DNA from: Armatimonadota bacterium | GTDB lineage: Bacteria; Armatimonadota; HRBIN16 | DNA length: 64,000 bases | Assembly: GCA_963677485.1 (NCBI GenBank) | Contig: OY781964.1 | Coordinates: 2,208,001 to 2,272,000 of the forward strand | Direction: 5' to 3' | In this document: positions 28,145 to 37,877 of the stretch, one piece after another | How positions within the stretch are numbered: the stretch's first letter is position 1 | How the letters are laid out: the number at the start of each line of letters is the position of its first letter | Made by a program: the position numbers and the translations under genes | The notes under the pieces: model-generated | The model's database searches: none | What the model saw: only the letters and a program-made list of their open reading frames with translations | What the model was told of the DNA's origin: nothing

Positions 28145-30532
28145 CTAGAACTTCACCAGCTCCAGGTCGCTGACGGTCAGCACCAGGTGCTCGGATTTGG
28201 AGTTGCACCCCAGCCGCACGGCGCTGATTGCGTCTAGTGACAGTTTGTTGTCGGGGTCTGGGCCAAGGAATTCGAGCAGGCTCATGTGGGAGAACTGCAA
28301 GGTGACCCGGCGCCGGGTTTTCGATGTGGGGATCCCGGCAATGTAATGCGCTCCGCTCTTTTCGACCAGCATCAACTGTATCACCGAACCATCGCCTTCA
28401 CTGCTGCACTGCATATCGAAGGAGATGCCGTCGTATTTGGAATAGTCACGGGGTGTCTTGAATGTGTAGTCCGGGTATGACCAGCGGTCGTGCTCACCGA
28501 AGAATTCGGAATCAATCTTCAGACTCCCAGTGGCTGGATTGCTGATGGTCACTTTATCTCCAGCACTGATTTGTGGTCTCCACTGTGCGGCATCAAGCAG
28601 ACCCATACTGACGTGCTTGGTGGTTAGCACATCACTCAAGTCATACGTGAAATGGCTCGCAGCCGGGCTCAGCTTTGTTTTGCCGACCACGGCCGTTGCT
28701 GTCAAGTTGTAGTTACCAGTCTTTGGAAGGCCAGGGTGAACCATGAATTTCAACACCTCTCGACCCATGGGTGCGAGCGTAAAACTGCGAACCGGCGCAT
28801 CAACGCGCCAGCCTTTCGGCCCAGATAATGTGACCGTTCCTTTGCCCGTGGGCTTTGTTCCGAAGTTATACACCTCAACGGTATATTCGAACTGCCGGTA
28901 TTCCGCACCATACAGCACATAACTGTCGTTGCCTTTGTCAACTCTGGCCAGGCTGTGTCCCACCATCACGATGGGGGATGGATGGAGCACGGGCATCTTG
29001 CCCAGCGGTTTGACCGCTCCTGTGAGATGGGACGCCACTTTGTCATTCATGCCTGTGACATAGACCGCCTCAGCACCCAACGACACCGCGATGGAGCCGT
29101 TCTTGGCCCGCACCGTCTCTTCGCCGCCGAATATGTTCCTCACGCGGGCCTCTGGGCCATCGACTGGCAGCGATATCACTGTGGGTTTATCCGACCAGGC
29201 GGCCAGCACACGCCTATTTGGCGTGTTGAAGAGATAGGCATGGCTGTCTGTATTACCCAGCCGATATTCGCCAAGGTAGGTTCCCTGTCCCAGGATATTC
29301 ACGACTGCTGATAGCGCTATGAAGGCCGGATTGGGTGACAGGTCTGGCTTCATTGAGCCGTATTGCGTCGTGTTCTCCAGGTACTCTGGCAACACGAAGA
29401 AAAAGTGCTTGGCATTGCCTGCGACCAATGACATCACCGCCGAACGGGGAGCAAACTGGCACTGCAGCCTCTCATCGGAGGCGGTTAGCAGCCGCTTGTC
29501 AATGCCTTCTGAGCCTTTCAGAATGATCCCAGCTTCCGTCATCCAGCTTGGCCGATCGTTCAGTTTGAACTCAGACAACTGCTTGCGGTAGCTCTCCAGG
29601 TCGCCTGGGTAGACCGCCGGTGCAGCATACCGGTGCCAGTTGTAGATGTCGTAGTAGTTACCCATGCCGTTTTGATACAAGCCAAGACCGAAGTTGGAGG
29701 GGCCGATACAGAGTGAGCACTGCGTCACGATGGCATCCGCATCGCCCGCTTTCAATCCGAGATAGGCTGCTTTCAGGTATCCTGAGCACCGGTCGCTGAG
29801 GTCAGGCCAAAAGTTTCCGTCTGGCTCATTCCACGGCTCCCAGGCTTGAACCTGCTTGCCGAAATGCATCGCTAGCTGTTTTGTGAAGGTGTAGACCGTG
29901 CGCAGGTCTTCAGGATAGTAGCTGCCTTTCGGTTGTTTCACCCGGGTCCACTCTGGCGTGAGGTGCCACACCTCAAAGATATTAATTCCTTCAGCGGAGA
30001 GGTTGTCGACGGTGGGCTGGATGCTTGACCAATCATACCTGCCCGGTATCTGCTCCATGCTCTCCCACCTCAGCCGTTCACGTATCCAGGGGATACCGGC
30101 GCGGCTGACCACTTTGGCAAACGGCTTCCGAAGCGCATCGTCATGCAGCAGCCAGACGCTGGCCGCATCGGCCCCTATCCGACCGTCTTTGGGCAGCGGA
30201 GCCCCTTTGCGGTCGATCACCACGCCGACGGAGGCCTTTGTGGTCCCAGCAGCATCGCTGCAGCTCAGCTCGTACCAGCCCGGCTCACAGCCCTCGAAGC
30301 GAACCGTCGCAGCACCGTCGGTGGTGGTGGCCGTTCCGCTGGTGATCAGCACTCCGAAGTAGTCCTTCAACTCATATCGCACGTCACTTGCAGCGCCAGA
30401 TATCTGAAACACCATGGGTTGCTTTGTCGTGTGCAGGTTGCCCGGCTGGTCGCAGGATATGGTGAGGGCTGATGCTCCGAGCGAGCCGGCCAGCCACGCG
30501 CCGATGATCATGAGTGAGGCGAATATCCGCAT
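28145..30532 (-). CDS. Secreted clan GH-A glycoside hydrolase (GH39/GH5-like) with C-terminal CBM11-like domain
   Basis: Signal peptide; WEPWNEPD acid/base motif, WMTEAG nucleophile; C-terminal DYSKYDGISF...LSLDAI. Confidence 0.75.
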   Translation of the reverse strand: MRIFASLMIIGAWLAGSLGASALTISCDQPGNLHTTKQPMVFQISGAASDVRYELKDYFGVLITSGTATTTDGAATVRFEGCEPGWYELSCSDAAGTTKASVGVVIDRKGAPLPKDGRIGADAASVWLLHDDALRKPFAKVVSRAGIPWIRERLRWESMEQIPGRYDWSSIQPTVDNLSAEGINIFEVWHLTPEWTRVKQPKGSYYPEDLRTVYTFTKQLAMHFGKQVQAWEPWNEPDGNFWPDLSDRCSGYLKAAYLGLKAGDADAIVTQCSLCIGPSNFGLGLYQNGMGNYYDIYNWHRYAAPAVYPGDLESYRKQLSEFKLNDRPSWMTEAGIILKGSEGIDKRLLTASDERLQCQFAPRSAVMSLVAGNAKHFFFVLPEYLENTTQYGSMKPDLSPNPAFIALSAVVNILGQGTYLGEYRLGNTDSHAYLFNTPNRRVLAAWSDKPTVISLPVDGPEARVRNIFGGEETVRAKNGSIAVSLGAEAVYVTGMNDKVASHLTGAVKPLGKMPVLHPSPIVMVGHSLARVDKGNDSYVLYGAEYRQFEYTVEVYNFGTKPTGKGTVTLSGPKGWRVDAPVRSFTLAPMGREVLKFMVHPGLPKTGNYNLTATAVVGKTKLSPAASHFTYDLSDVLTTKHVSMGLLDAAQWRPQISAGDKVTISNPATGSLKIDSEFFGEHDRWSYPDYTFKTPRDYSKYDGISFDMQCSSEGDGSVIQLMLVEKSGAHYIAGIPTSKTRRRVTLQFSHMSLLEFLGPDPDNKLSLDAISAVRLGCNSKSEHLVLTVSDLELVKF

Positions 30533-30626
30533 TAGTCTGATCTCCATCTGTTGTGGGTGAAACACTTGCTTTATTATACGTGAGTAGCGGTGGGGATAGG
30601 GTTGGTTGAAGGCCGGTAGGGTGAGG

Positions 30627-31104
30627 CCTCGTCCCCGCGCCCTAAAGGACACGGCTTATTATCCGAAAAGCCGGCTAAAGCCGTCTGCCGGAGGTCTGTA
30701 AACCGGAGCGGGATACGGCCAGCCCGATTCATCGGGCTTTTCGTTCAATTAGCCGCAGGGCTTTCAGCCCGCGGCCGTGGGCGCAATCGATTATATCAGC
30801 CCATCACCCCTTCCTCATGGCTAACCGCCAGACCGGCGCGGTCTCGAGCCTTCCGCAACCGCTAGCCTACGCACAGACCGCCCCGGACATAGCCAAACCT
30901 ATCCCTCTTCGCGCCTTCGCGCCCGCGCGTGAGCTGTGCTCTTCGCGGTTGGCTTAGGACCGGTAGGATGAGTATGACGAATAGGACAACCGCCAATCCT
31001 TCGCGCCTTCGCGTCTTCGCGTGAGAATGCCTCCGCCTTTTCGCGTCTTCGCGTGAGCCTCCCTTACCTCTCCCCCTCCGCGACCTCCGCGTCTCCGCGT
31101 GAAA
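30627..31104. repeat. Stack of repeats: family F palindrome (30627-30778), right half of element E (30816-30896), four A-type units and one C-type unit (30905-31104)
   Basis: All units match copies elsewhere in the window. Confidence 0.85.
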
Positions 31105-31176
31105 CATCCCTCCCCCAATCTGGCCTGATTGTGCTGATATTTGGCCGTAAAGACGTAGATATCTCCCGCCCTGCAG

Positions 31177-31185
31177 TGCTATACT
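31177..31185 (+). promoter_or_regulatory. Putative extended -10 promoter element
   Basis: TGcTATACT about 40 bp upstream of ATG 31226. Confidence 0.35.
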
Positions 31186-31225
31186 TCAATCACAACATCA
31201 AATTGCACCGGGAGTGACTTTAGCT

Positions 31226-33148
31226 ATGCCTATCACCAAAATCAGCTATCCTGACTATCTCAACCGCGTGACCGGCGGCTGGATCGGAAAATGCATCGGC
31301 GGAGCCACCGGTGCGGCGATGGAAAACAACAAGAATCTGATGCACTACACCTTGGAGAACGTCATCCCTGAGGTGATCCCGCCAAATGACGACCTCGACC
31401 TTCAGGTGCTCTACCTGCAGGACGTCCTGGAACGGCTTGGCGCGCGGTTCGACAGCCGCGACATCGCACTCAGCTTTGCGGCGCACAACCTGTGCATGGC
31501 CAACGAGTATGCGGTGGCGGTGCGCAACATCGACCACCGTATCATGCCGCCTCTGTCCGGTGTGTTCAACAACGACTATTTTAAAAACAGCATGGGCTGC
31601 CCCATCCGCTCCGAAATATGGGGGTTCGTCTGCCCGGGTGACCCCAACACCGCGGTGCAACTTGCATACATGGACGGCTGCGTAGACCACGACTCCGAGA
31701 GCATCTCCGGTGAGCAGTTCAACGCCGCCCTGGAGGCACTGGCCTTCGTGGAGCAGGACGTGAACCGCCTGCTGGATATGGCGATGAGCTTCATACCTGA
31801 AGAGGGTGAACTGGCGGGCTGCGTGCGGCTGGTGCGCGAGGGCTACCGGTCCGGGCAGGACTGGCAGCAAACCCGTGCGGCCATGCTGGCCAGGTACGGC
31901 AGCAGTGATGCCAGCTACAGCGTGACCAACCTGGGTCTGACCATTCTAGCCCTGCTGCACGGTCAGGGTGACATGGAAAAGACGATCTTGACCGCCATCA
32001 ACTGCGGGTTTGACACGGACTGCACCTCGGCCACCGCGGCCTCAATTCTGGGCGTGATGCTGGGAGCGGATAAAATCCCTGGATTCTGGCTGGACAAGAT
32101 CGGCCATGAGATTGTGGTCGGCACGGTGGACATCAAACGCGAACGCAGCAAGGTCACCGAACTGGGCGAGGACACCTGCACCGCCGGACTCTCGTTCGCA
32201 CGAGACGGCATCACGCAGGTGGAGTTCACCGACGTGCCCGAGGGTATCCTGCCCTCACTTCCGGTGGCCCAGCTTGAGCCGGAATTCACGCTGGACGTGG
32301 AGTATGTGGGCGACCCGACCATCGGCGTGGGCGAGCCCCGAGCGGTGGTTCTGCACGCCGTCAACCTCACTGAGCGAGGGGTCCAGGCCCGTCTGAGCAT
32401 CACTTGCCCTGAGAGCCTGAGCGTGGTGAAAGATAAGATCGACATCTACATCCCTGCGTTTGAGTCGGTTGATGTGGCGGTTGAGTTCGCCGTCAAGCCG
32501 GATATCTCCGAGCTGCCCACCCGCAACGTCGTCGTCGCCAGGTTGAGCACTGGCCATCATCAGCTCGCGGAGCTGGAGTTCGGTCTGATGGGCGCCTGGC
32601 GCATGAAGCTGATCGGCCCCTTCTGGGATAACTACGACACCACGAAATACGACTCCAACCCCTACGGTGAGGTGATGCAGTTCGTCAACGGCTCGCATGA
32701 CCTCTACGCGATGTTCAGCGGATGGGCGAACATCAACCGCGCGTATATCGACGAGAGTTTTGTGGACATCGATGAGCTGCCCGGCACCATAGTGAACATC
32801 CACCATGACATCTGGGAGATGGACCAGCTTGTGAAGTATAAAGGCCCATGCTGCGTCTACATGGTGTGGGACATGGTCTGCCCTGAGGACCGCGATGGCA
32901 CCATCCTGCATATCGGCAACAACGACGCCTACCGCGTGTGGGTAAACGGCGATCTGGTTGCACAAAATGACAAGCAGACGATGTGGATGCCCTACAACTG
33001 GGGCACCGGCGTCAACCTGAAAAAGGGCGTGAACCGCTTCATTTTCAAGCTGCTCCGTACCGGTAATGATCTGGACTTCAGCCTGCTGATGCGCAGCGTG
33101 GCCAGCCGTCTGCGCTACTATGCCGACACCGCCAGCGTGATCAAGTAG
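31226..33148 (+). CDS. ADP-ribosylglycohydrolase family protein with C-terminal beta-sandwich domains
   Basis: GGWIGKCIG, NDDLD, MGCPIRSE, GFDTDCT motifs; C-terminal NDAYRVWVNG...LKKGVN. Confidence 0.85.
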   Translation: MPITKISYPDYLNRVTGGWIGKCIGGATGAAMENNKNLMHYTLENVIPEVIPPNDDLDLQVLYLQDVLERLGARFDSRDIALSFAAHNLCMANEYAVAVRNIDHRIMPPLSGVFNNDYFKNSMGCPIRSEIWGFVCPGDPNTAVQLAYMDGCVDHDSESISGEQFNAALEALAFVEQDVNRLLDMAMSFIPEEGELAGCVRLVREGYRSGQDWQQTRAAMLARYGSSDASYSVTNLGLTILALLHGQGDMEKTILTAINCGFDTDCTSATAASILGVMLGADKIPGFWLDKIGHEIVVGTVDIKRERSKVTELGEDTCTAGLSFARDGITQVEFTDVPEGILPSLPVAQLEPEFTLDVEYVGDPTIGVGEPRAVVLHAVNLTERGVQARLSITCPESLSVVKDKIDIYIPAFESVDVAVEFAVKPDISELPTRNVVVARLSTGHHQLAELEFGLMGAWRMKLIGPFWDNYDTTKYDSNPYGEVMQFVNGSHDLYAMFSGWANINRAYIDESFVDIDELPGTIVNIHHDIWEMDQLVKYKGPCCVYMVWDMVCPEDRDGTILHIGNNDAYRVWVNGDLVAQNDKQTMWMPYNWGTGVNLKKGVNRFIFKLLRTGNDLDFSLLMRSVASRLRYYADTASVIK

Positions 33149-35425
33149 ATGCACGCCGGGAATGCGCTTACGATCTCCCTTCGCTTCCGCTATGGCGGCG
33201 GCGAAGGGCAGATGAACCTGGTCACCAAGGACAGCGAGTATCTGCTGCGCCTTTCGCCTGTTGATGGTGGGATGCGTCCTTTCTTCTTTGTGTATGCAGG
33301 CGGCACATGGGGCGCGCCGGTCAGCGGTCCGATTCTGCGCAAGGGCGACGACGTCAGTTTGGTGGCGGTATGGAGTGGTGAGGCCATCTACCTTTTTACC
33401 AATGGCTTGGTGGTCGCTGGTGGACGCCGCGGCGAAGTGGCGTCTGTCGATACCCCGCTTATTATCGGGAAAGGCAGCTCCTGGGCACCGGTGCCACTCG
33501 ATGGCGGAATTTTGGAGCAGAGCCTCGTGCCCGAAGCTCGCAGCCTTGATGCGATTTTGCGTAAGAACCTGGGTGTATCCGATACGCCTGGCAAAGCCAA
33601 CGCACCATCCGCTCTGAACGAACTGAATGGCTGGCAGGTAGAGGGCGGTCATGGTTCTATCCGAAACGGTGAACTGCGTGCCACCGCCACTGGTCCAGCG
33701 CTGCGGCTGCTGCGCACGGGTTTGGATATCGACCTGCAGGGTCTGCCGGAGCTCGGTCTGGCGATCGGCAGCACGGCCCGCAACGCACAACTGGTATTCG
33801 TCACCACCAAAGGTGCCCGCTCGCTGCCCATTGATCTTCCTGAGAAGGGTGAAGTCAGCACGGTGTTGATGGATATGCGCGCTTACTGGGAGTGGTCTGG
33901 TCGGCTGCTGGCACTGGGCATTCTTCTGGACGACCGCTCCCATGTCGCACGGCTGCGTGAAGTTCGCATCGAGGCCAAACCGACATTAGCTCCGCGGCTG
34001 CAGCTCACGCTGCTGGAGACCACGCCTGTTTTGCCGCGGTTCGGCAAGCCATTCAAGCTCAAGATGAAGCTGACCAACGCGGGAGGTCCTGCCCGTCAGG
34101 TTCGTGTATCAGTGCTCAGCCACGATGGTGTAACGGCAGTGGCACAGACTGTGGATCAGGGTATCGAACATCTCGATGCACGTGCCACACATAAGATGGA
34201 ATGGCAGCTCACTGCGAATCGCGATGGGCACCGTGTGGTGCGCCTCAAGCTGGACTGCGCCGAGGCCCCCAGCCGGGTGGTCGAAGTGCCGATCCTGGTA
34301 CTGGCCGCATTGAGGGCGGGTTCTGCGACCGCTGGTGTGCCTGTGCCAGCATCAACAGGCAGTGTCAGCCTGGGCATGATGACCTGCCCACTCTGGCGGC
34401 AAGGCACGCGCGGTGGCCCGCAGAGCGGCTGGTCCGAAATGACGCCCTTCCCACAGCGGCAGTCAGCGCTGGGCTGGTATGACGAGGGCAATCCTGAGGT
34501 CACCGACTGGGAGATCCGCTGGGCTGTGGAGCACGGCATTGAGTTCTTTATGTGCTGCTGGTATCGCGCCGCGGGCAACATCGGCAAGCCGGTGGTGCCG
34601 TGGCTAAACCACTGGGTGGAGAGCCTGAACCAGGCGAAATACGCTCAGATGGTGAAGTATTGCATCCTGTGGGAGAATATCGGCGCGGTGGGTGTGTCGA
34701 GTGCGGATGACATGATGCAGAACCTGCTGCCTTTTTGGATAGAGCACAACTTCAAGCAGCCCAACTACCTCCGTCGCGAGGGCAAACCGGTGCTGTATGT
34801 TTATGGCGTGCAGAAAATGGTGGATGACCTCGGTGGTGAAGCGAATACCCGGCGTGTGATCCGTCTGATGCGCGCGGCCTGCGAAAGAGCAGGTCTCGGT
34901 GGGTTGATATTGATGGGCGCGAACCACACTTCGCCAAGCAATGATAATTCGCTGGCGGCGCGGATCGGCTTCGACGCGATGTGGGCCTATCACTGGCCGA
35001 CCGCCAGCGATGTGATGCCCGCCAACTACACCAACCGCAGCCTAATGGAGCTGACGAAGCAGTGCTGGGCGATGCAGGCCAAAGGCAGGCTGCCCCGCTC
35101 CAACACGGTCAGTTTCGGCTGGGACGCCCGGCCATGGGGTCAGAAGGGTGCTCAGTGGCATCTCACCTCAGACGAGTTCCAGGAGATGTGCGTGGAGGCC
35201 AGGCGTCAGGCTCTGAATGCCAGTCACTGGGCGGAACGGATCGTGATGCTGGACAACTGGAACGAATTCGGAGAGGGCCACTACCTGGCTCCCACCAGAG
35301 GGTATGCGTTTGAGTATCTGGATGTCATCCGCAAGGTGTTCGCGCCGAAGGCAGGGCCGCATACTGACCTGCTGCCCGAGGATGTCGGCCAGGGTCCCTA
35401 CCAGACGCTATTTACGGGGGAGTGA
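33149..35425 (+). CDS. LamG-like plus GH99/WbsX-like glycoside hydrolase, paralog 1
   Basis: LGWYDEG.PEVTDWEI, HGIEFFM.CWY, GKPVL, GWDARPW, DNWNEFGEGH. Confidence 0.8.
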   Translation: MHAGNALTISLRFRYGGGEGQMNLVTKDSEYLLRLSPVDGGMRPFFFVYAGGTWGAPVSGPILRKGDDVSLVAVWSGEAIYLFTNGLVVAGGRRGEVASVDTPLIIGKGSSWAPVPLDGGILEQSLVPEARSLDAILRKNLGVSDTPGKANAPSALNELNGWQVEGGHGSIRNGELRATATGPALRLLRTGLDIDLQGLPELGLAIGSTARNAQLVFVTTKGARSLPIDLPEKGEVSTVLMDMRAYWEWSGRLLALGILLDDRSHVARLREVRIEAKPTLAPRLQLTLLETTPVLPRFGKPFKLKMKLTNAGGPARQVRVSVLSHDGVTAVAQTVDQGIEHLDARATHKMEWQLTANRDGHRVVRLKLDCAEAPSRVVEVPILVLAALRAGSATAGVPVPASTGSVSLGMMTCPLWRQGTRGGPQSGWSEMTPFPQRQSALGWYDEGNPEVTDWEIRWAVEHGIEFFMCCWYRAAGNIGKPVVPWLNHWVESLNQAKYAQMVKYCILWENIGAVGVSSADDMMQNLLPFWIEHNFKQPNYLRREGKPVLYVYGVQKMVDDLGGEANTRRVIRLMRAACERAGLGGLILMGANHTSPSNDNSLAARIGFDAMWAYHWPTASDVMPANYTNRSLMELTKQCWAMQAKGRLPRSNTVSFGWDARPWGQKGAQWHLTSDEFQEMCVEARRQALNASHWAERIVMLDNWNEFGEGHYLAPTRGYAFEYLDVIRKVFAPKAGPHTDLLPEDVGQGPYQTLFTGE

Positions 35426-37698
35426 TGCACGCCGGTAAAGCGCTGACCATAAAAATCCGCTTCCGCTACGATGATGGAGAGGATACGATGAACCTCATCA
35501 CCAAGGATGGCGAATACCTGTTGCGCCTGTCGCCTGGTGATGGAGGTATGCGACCGAATTTCTTTGTATATGCAGGCGGCGCATGGGGTACACAGGTGTC
35601 GGGGCCGGTGCTGCGCAAAGGCGACGAGGTGGAGCTGGTGGCGGTGTGGACCGGTGAGAGCATCCACCTGTTTACCAACGGATTGACAAGCTATGCTTCG
35701 CGCAGCGGGGAAGTGGTGCCTACCGATTCGCCCGTCATCGTAGGAAAGCCCAGCCCGTGGGCCCCGCTCGCGCTGAACGGCAAAATCATCGAGCAGAGCA
35801 TCGTGCCCCAAGCACTTACGCTGGTTGAAATATACCGCGAAAACATGGGAATATCGCAGATAGCCTCCACCACCCCGGCACAGGATACCATCAGCAACCT
35901 CAAGCTCTGGAAAGTAGAGGGGGGTCATGCGGAATTCCGATCTGGCGGTTGGAAAGCCACCGCTACCGGTCCTGTATTGAGGTTTTTCCGCACAAACTTG
36001 AATCTGGAGTTACAGGGCCTTCCAGAACTCGGACTAGTGATCGGCAGCCATGCCCAAACCGTCCAACTCACATTTGTCACCGATAGGGGAGCACGTGTGA
36101 TTGAGCTAAACCTGCCAGACGGGGGCGAACTGGGCACGGTGCTTCAGGATATGCGGGCCTACCCGGAATGGTCAGGACGGTTGCTGGCATTAGGTGTTTT
36201 CATTGCTGACCGATCGGGCGTGACCCATCTGCAAGCGGTACGCATTGAGACAAAACCGACCTTGCCACCTCGACTTCAACTGCATCTACTCGATACTACA
36301 CCGGTATTGCCCCGCGTTGGCAGGCCGTTCCGTCTTCGGATGAAGCTGACGAATCACGGCGGTCCAGCCAATCAGATTCATGTATCTGTCATGGAGGGTG
36401 CTGGTTTGACGGTTCTGCAGTCTGCATCGACCAGGGATATATCCCATCTGAATGCACGGGGCGTTGAGCACCTCGAGTGGAGCCTCACGCATGAGCACCG
36501 GGGTCATCATGTGATGCGGTTTCGAGTGGAGTGTGCCGAAGCCAAAAGTTGTTATGTTGAGATCCCGATTTGTGTGCTTCCCAAACTCGATTCGGTGCCT
36601 GGAACGGTGCCTGTACCGAAGCCGGCATCGACCGCACCTGTCTCGGTAGGCATGATGAATTGCCCGCTTTGGCGTCAAGGCTCGCGAGGTGGAGCGCAGA
36701 GCGGCTGGAACGAGATCACCCCCTACCCGCAGCGTCAGCCCGCGCTGGGCTGGTATGATGAGGGCGATCCAGAGGTCACCGACTGGGAGATTCGCTGGGC
36801 AGTGGAGCATGGGGTGGAGTTCTTCATGCCTTGCTGGTATCGGGCCGCGGGTAACATCGGCAAGCCGGTGGTGCCCTGGTTGAATCACTGGGTAGAGAGC
36901 CTGAGCCAGGCCAGCTACGCCGATCTGATGAAATATGCCATCATGTGGACAAACGACGCAGTGGGTGTAGCCAATGCCGATGACATGATGCAGAACCTTC
37001 TGCCGTTTTGGATAGAGCACAATTTCAAGCAGCCGAACTACCTTCGCCGCGAGGGTAAGCCGGTGTTGTTTGTGTTTGTCGTGCAGAAGATGATAGACGA
37101 CCTGGGCGGCGAAGTGAGCGCACGGCGAGTGATCCGGCTGATGCGGGCTGCCTGCCAAAAGGCCGGTTTGAACGGGCTCATATTGGTAGGTGCCAACCAC
37201 ACCTCGCCCAATAGCGATAACGCCCTTTATGCCCGGGTGGGATTTGATGCGGTGTTTGCCTACCATTGGCCCACCTTTAGCAATCAGATGCCCGCCGCAC
37301 ACACCAGCCGCAGCATCATGAACGCTCAAAAGAAGTGCTGGGCGGGGCAAACCAAGAGCCGACTGCCCGCCGCAACCACCGTGAGCATGGGCTGGGATGC
37401 CAGACCGTGGGATCAGAAGCAACCTCTGTGGCGATTAAGCTCCAGCGAGTTTCAGCAGCTGTGCGTGGAAGCCAGGCATCAAGCACTGAAGGCCAGTCAC
37501 TGGGCGGAACAGATGGTGATGCTGGACAACTGGGATGAGTTCGGTGAGGGTCACTACCTGGCTCCGACGCGGCAGTATGGGTTTGAATATCTGGATGCCA
37601 TCCGCAAGGCGTTCGCGCCTCAAGCTGGCGAGCACACCGACCTGCTGCCCGAAGACGTCGGCCAGGGTCCCTACCAGCGGCTGTTTAAGGGGGAGTGA
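35425..37698 (+). CDS. LamG-like plus GH99/WbsX-like glycoside hydrolase, paralog 2
   Basis: Colinear with paralog 1; TGATG stop/start overlap at 35423-35427. Confidence 0.8.
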   Translation: MHAGKALTIKIRFRYDDGEDTMNLITKDGEYLLRLSPGDGGMRPNFFVYAGGAWGTQVSGPVLRKGDEVELVAVWTGESIHLFTNGLTSYASRSGEVVPTDSPVIVGKPSPWAPLALNGKIIEQSIVPQALTLVEIYRENMGISQIASTTPAQDTISNLKLWKVEGGHAEFRSGGWKATATGPVLRFFRTNLNLELQGLPELGLVIGSHAQTVQLTFVTDRGARVIELNLPDGGELGTVLQDMRAYPEWSGRLLALGVFIADRSGVTHLQAVRIETKPTLPPRLQLHLLDTTPVLPRVGRPFRLRMKLTNHGGPANQIHVSVMEGAGLTVLQSASTRDISHLNARGVEHLEWSLTHEHRGHHVMRFRVECAEAKSCYVEIPICVLPKLDSVPGTVPVPKPASTAPVSVGMMNCPLWRQGSRGGAQSGWNEITPYPQRQPALGWYDEGDPEVTDWEIRWAVEHGVEFFMPCWYRAAGNIGKPVVPWLNHWVESLSQASYADLMKYAIMWTNDAVGVANADDMMQNLLPFWIEHNFKQPNYLRREGKPVLFVFVVQKMIDDLGGEVSARRVIRLMRAACQKAGLNGLILVGANHTSPNSDNALYARVGFDAVFAYHWPTFSNQMPAAHTSRSIMNAQKKCWAGQTKSRLPAATTVSMGWDARPWDQKQPLWRLSSSEFQQLCVEARHQALKASHWAEQMVMLDNWDEFGEGHYLAPTRQYGFEYLDAIRKAFAPQAGEHTDLLPEDVGQGPYQRLFKGE

Positions 37699-37877
37699 TG
37701 CAGGGGCGGCCGGCAGGAGAGGCAGTAACTGATACAGTCGGGACGCCCACGACCGGAAACTTACAAATGAAGCACTGCAGATCGGTCTGATCGGTCGAAT
37801 CCGTCATATGCCCATACCCACCACCCGCCTGCGGTTTGTGGTAAAACATACCAGCTATACACCTTAAGGGGGCTGAG

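Noticed and set aside
30905-31104. Possible CRISPR array (recurring ~25-bp units with spacers)
   Set aside because: Units are internally periodic, unequal and irregularly spaced; no cas genes or leader are present.
30862-31107. Arg-rich ORF (HAETRR/HAKTRR)
   Set aside because: It is the translation of the A-type tandem repeats, with no coding signal.
32255-33943. 562-aa antisense ORF (similarly 22723-23643, 36286-37422, 59870-60724, 9281-10072)
   Set aside because: Shadow frames opposite well-supported genes in high-GC DNA, with no recognisable motifs.
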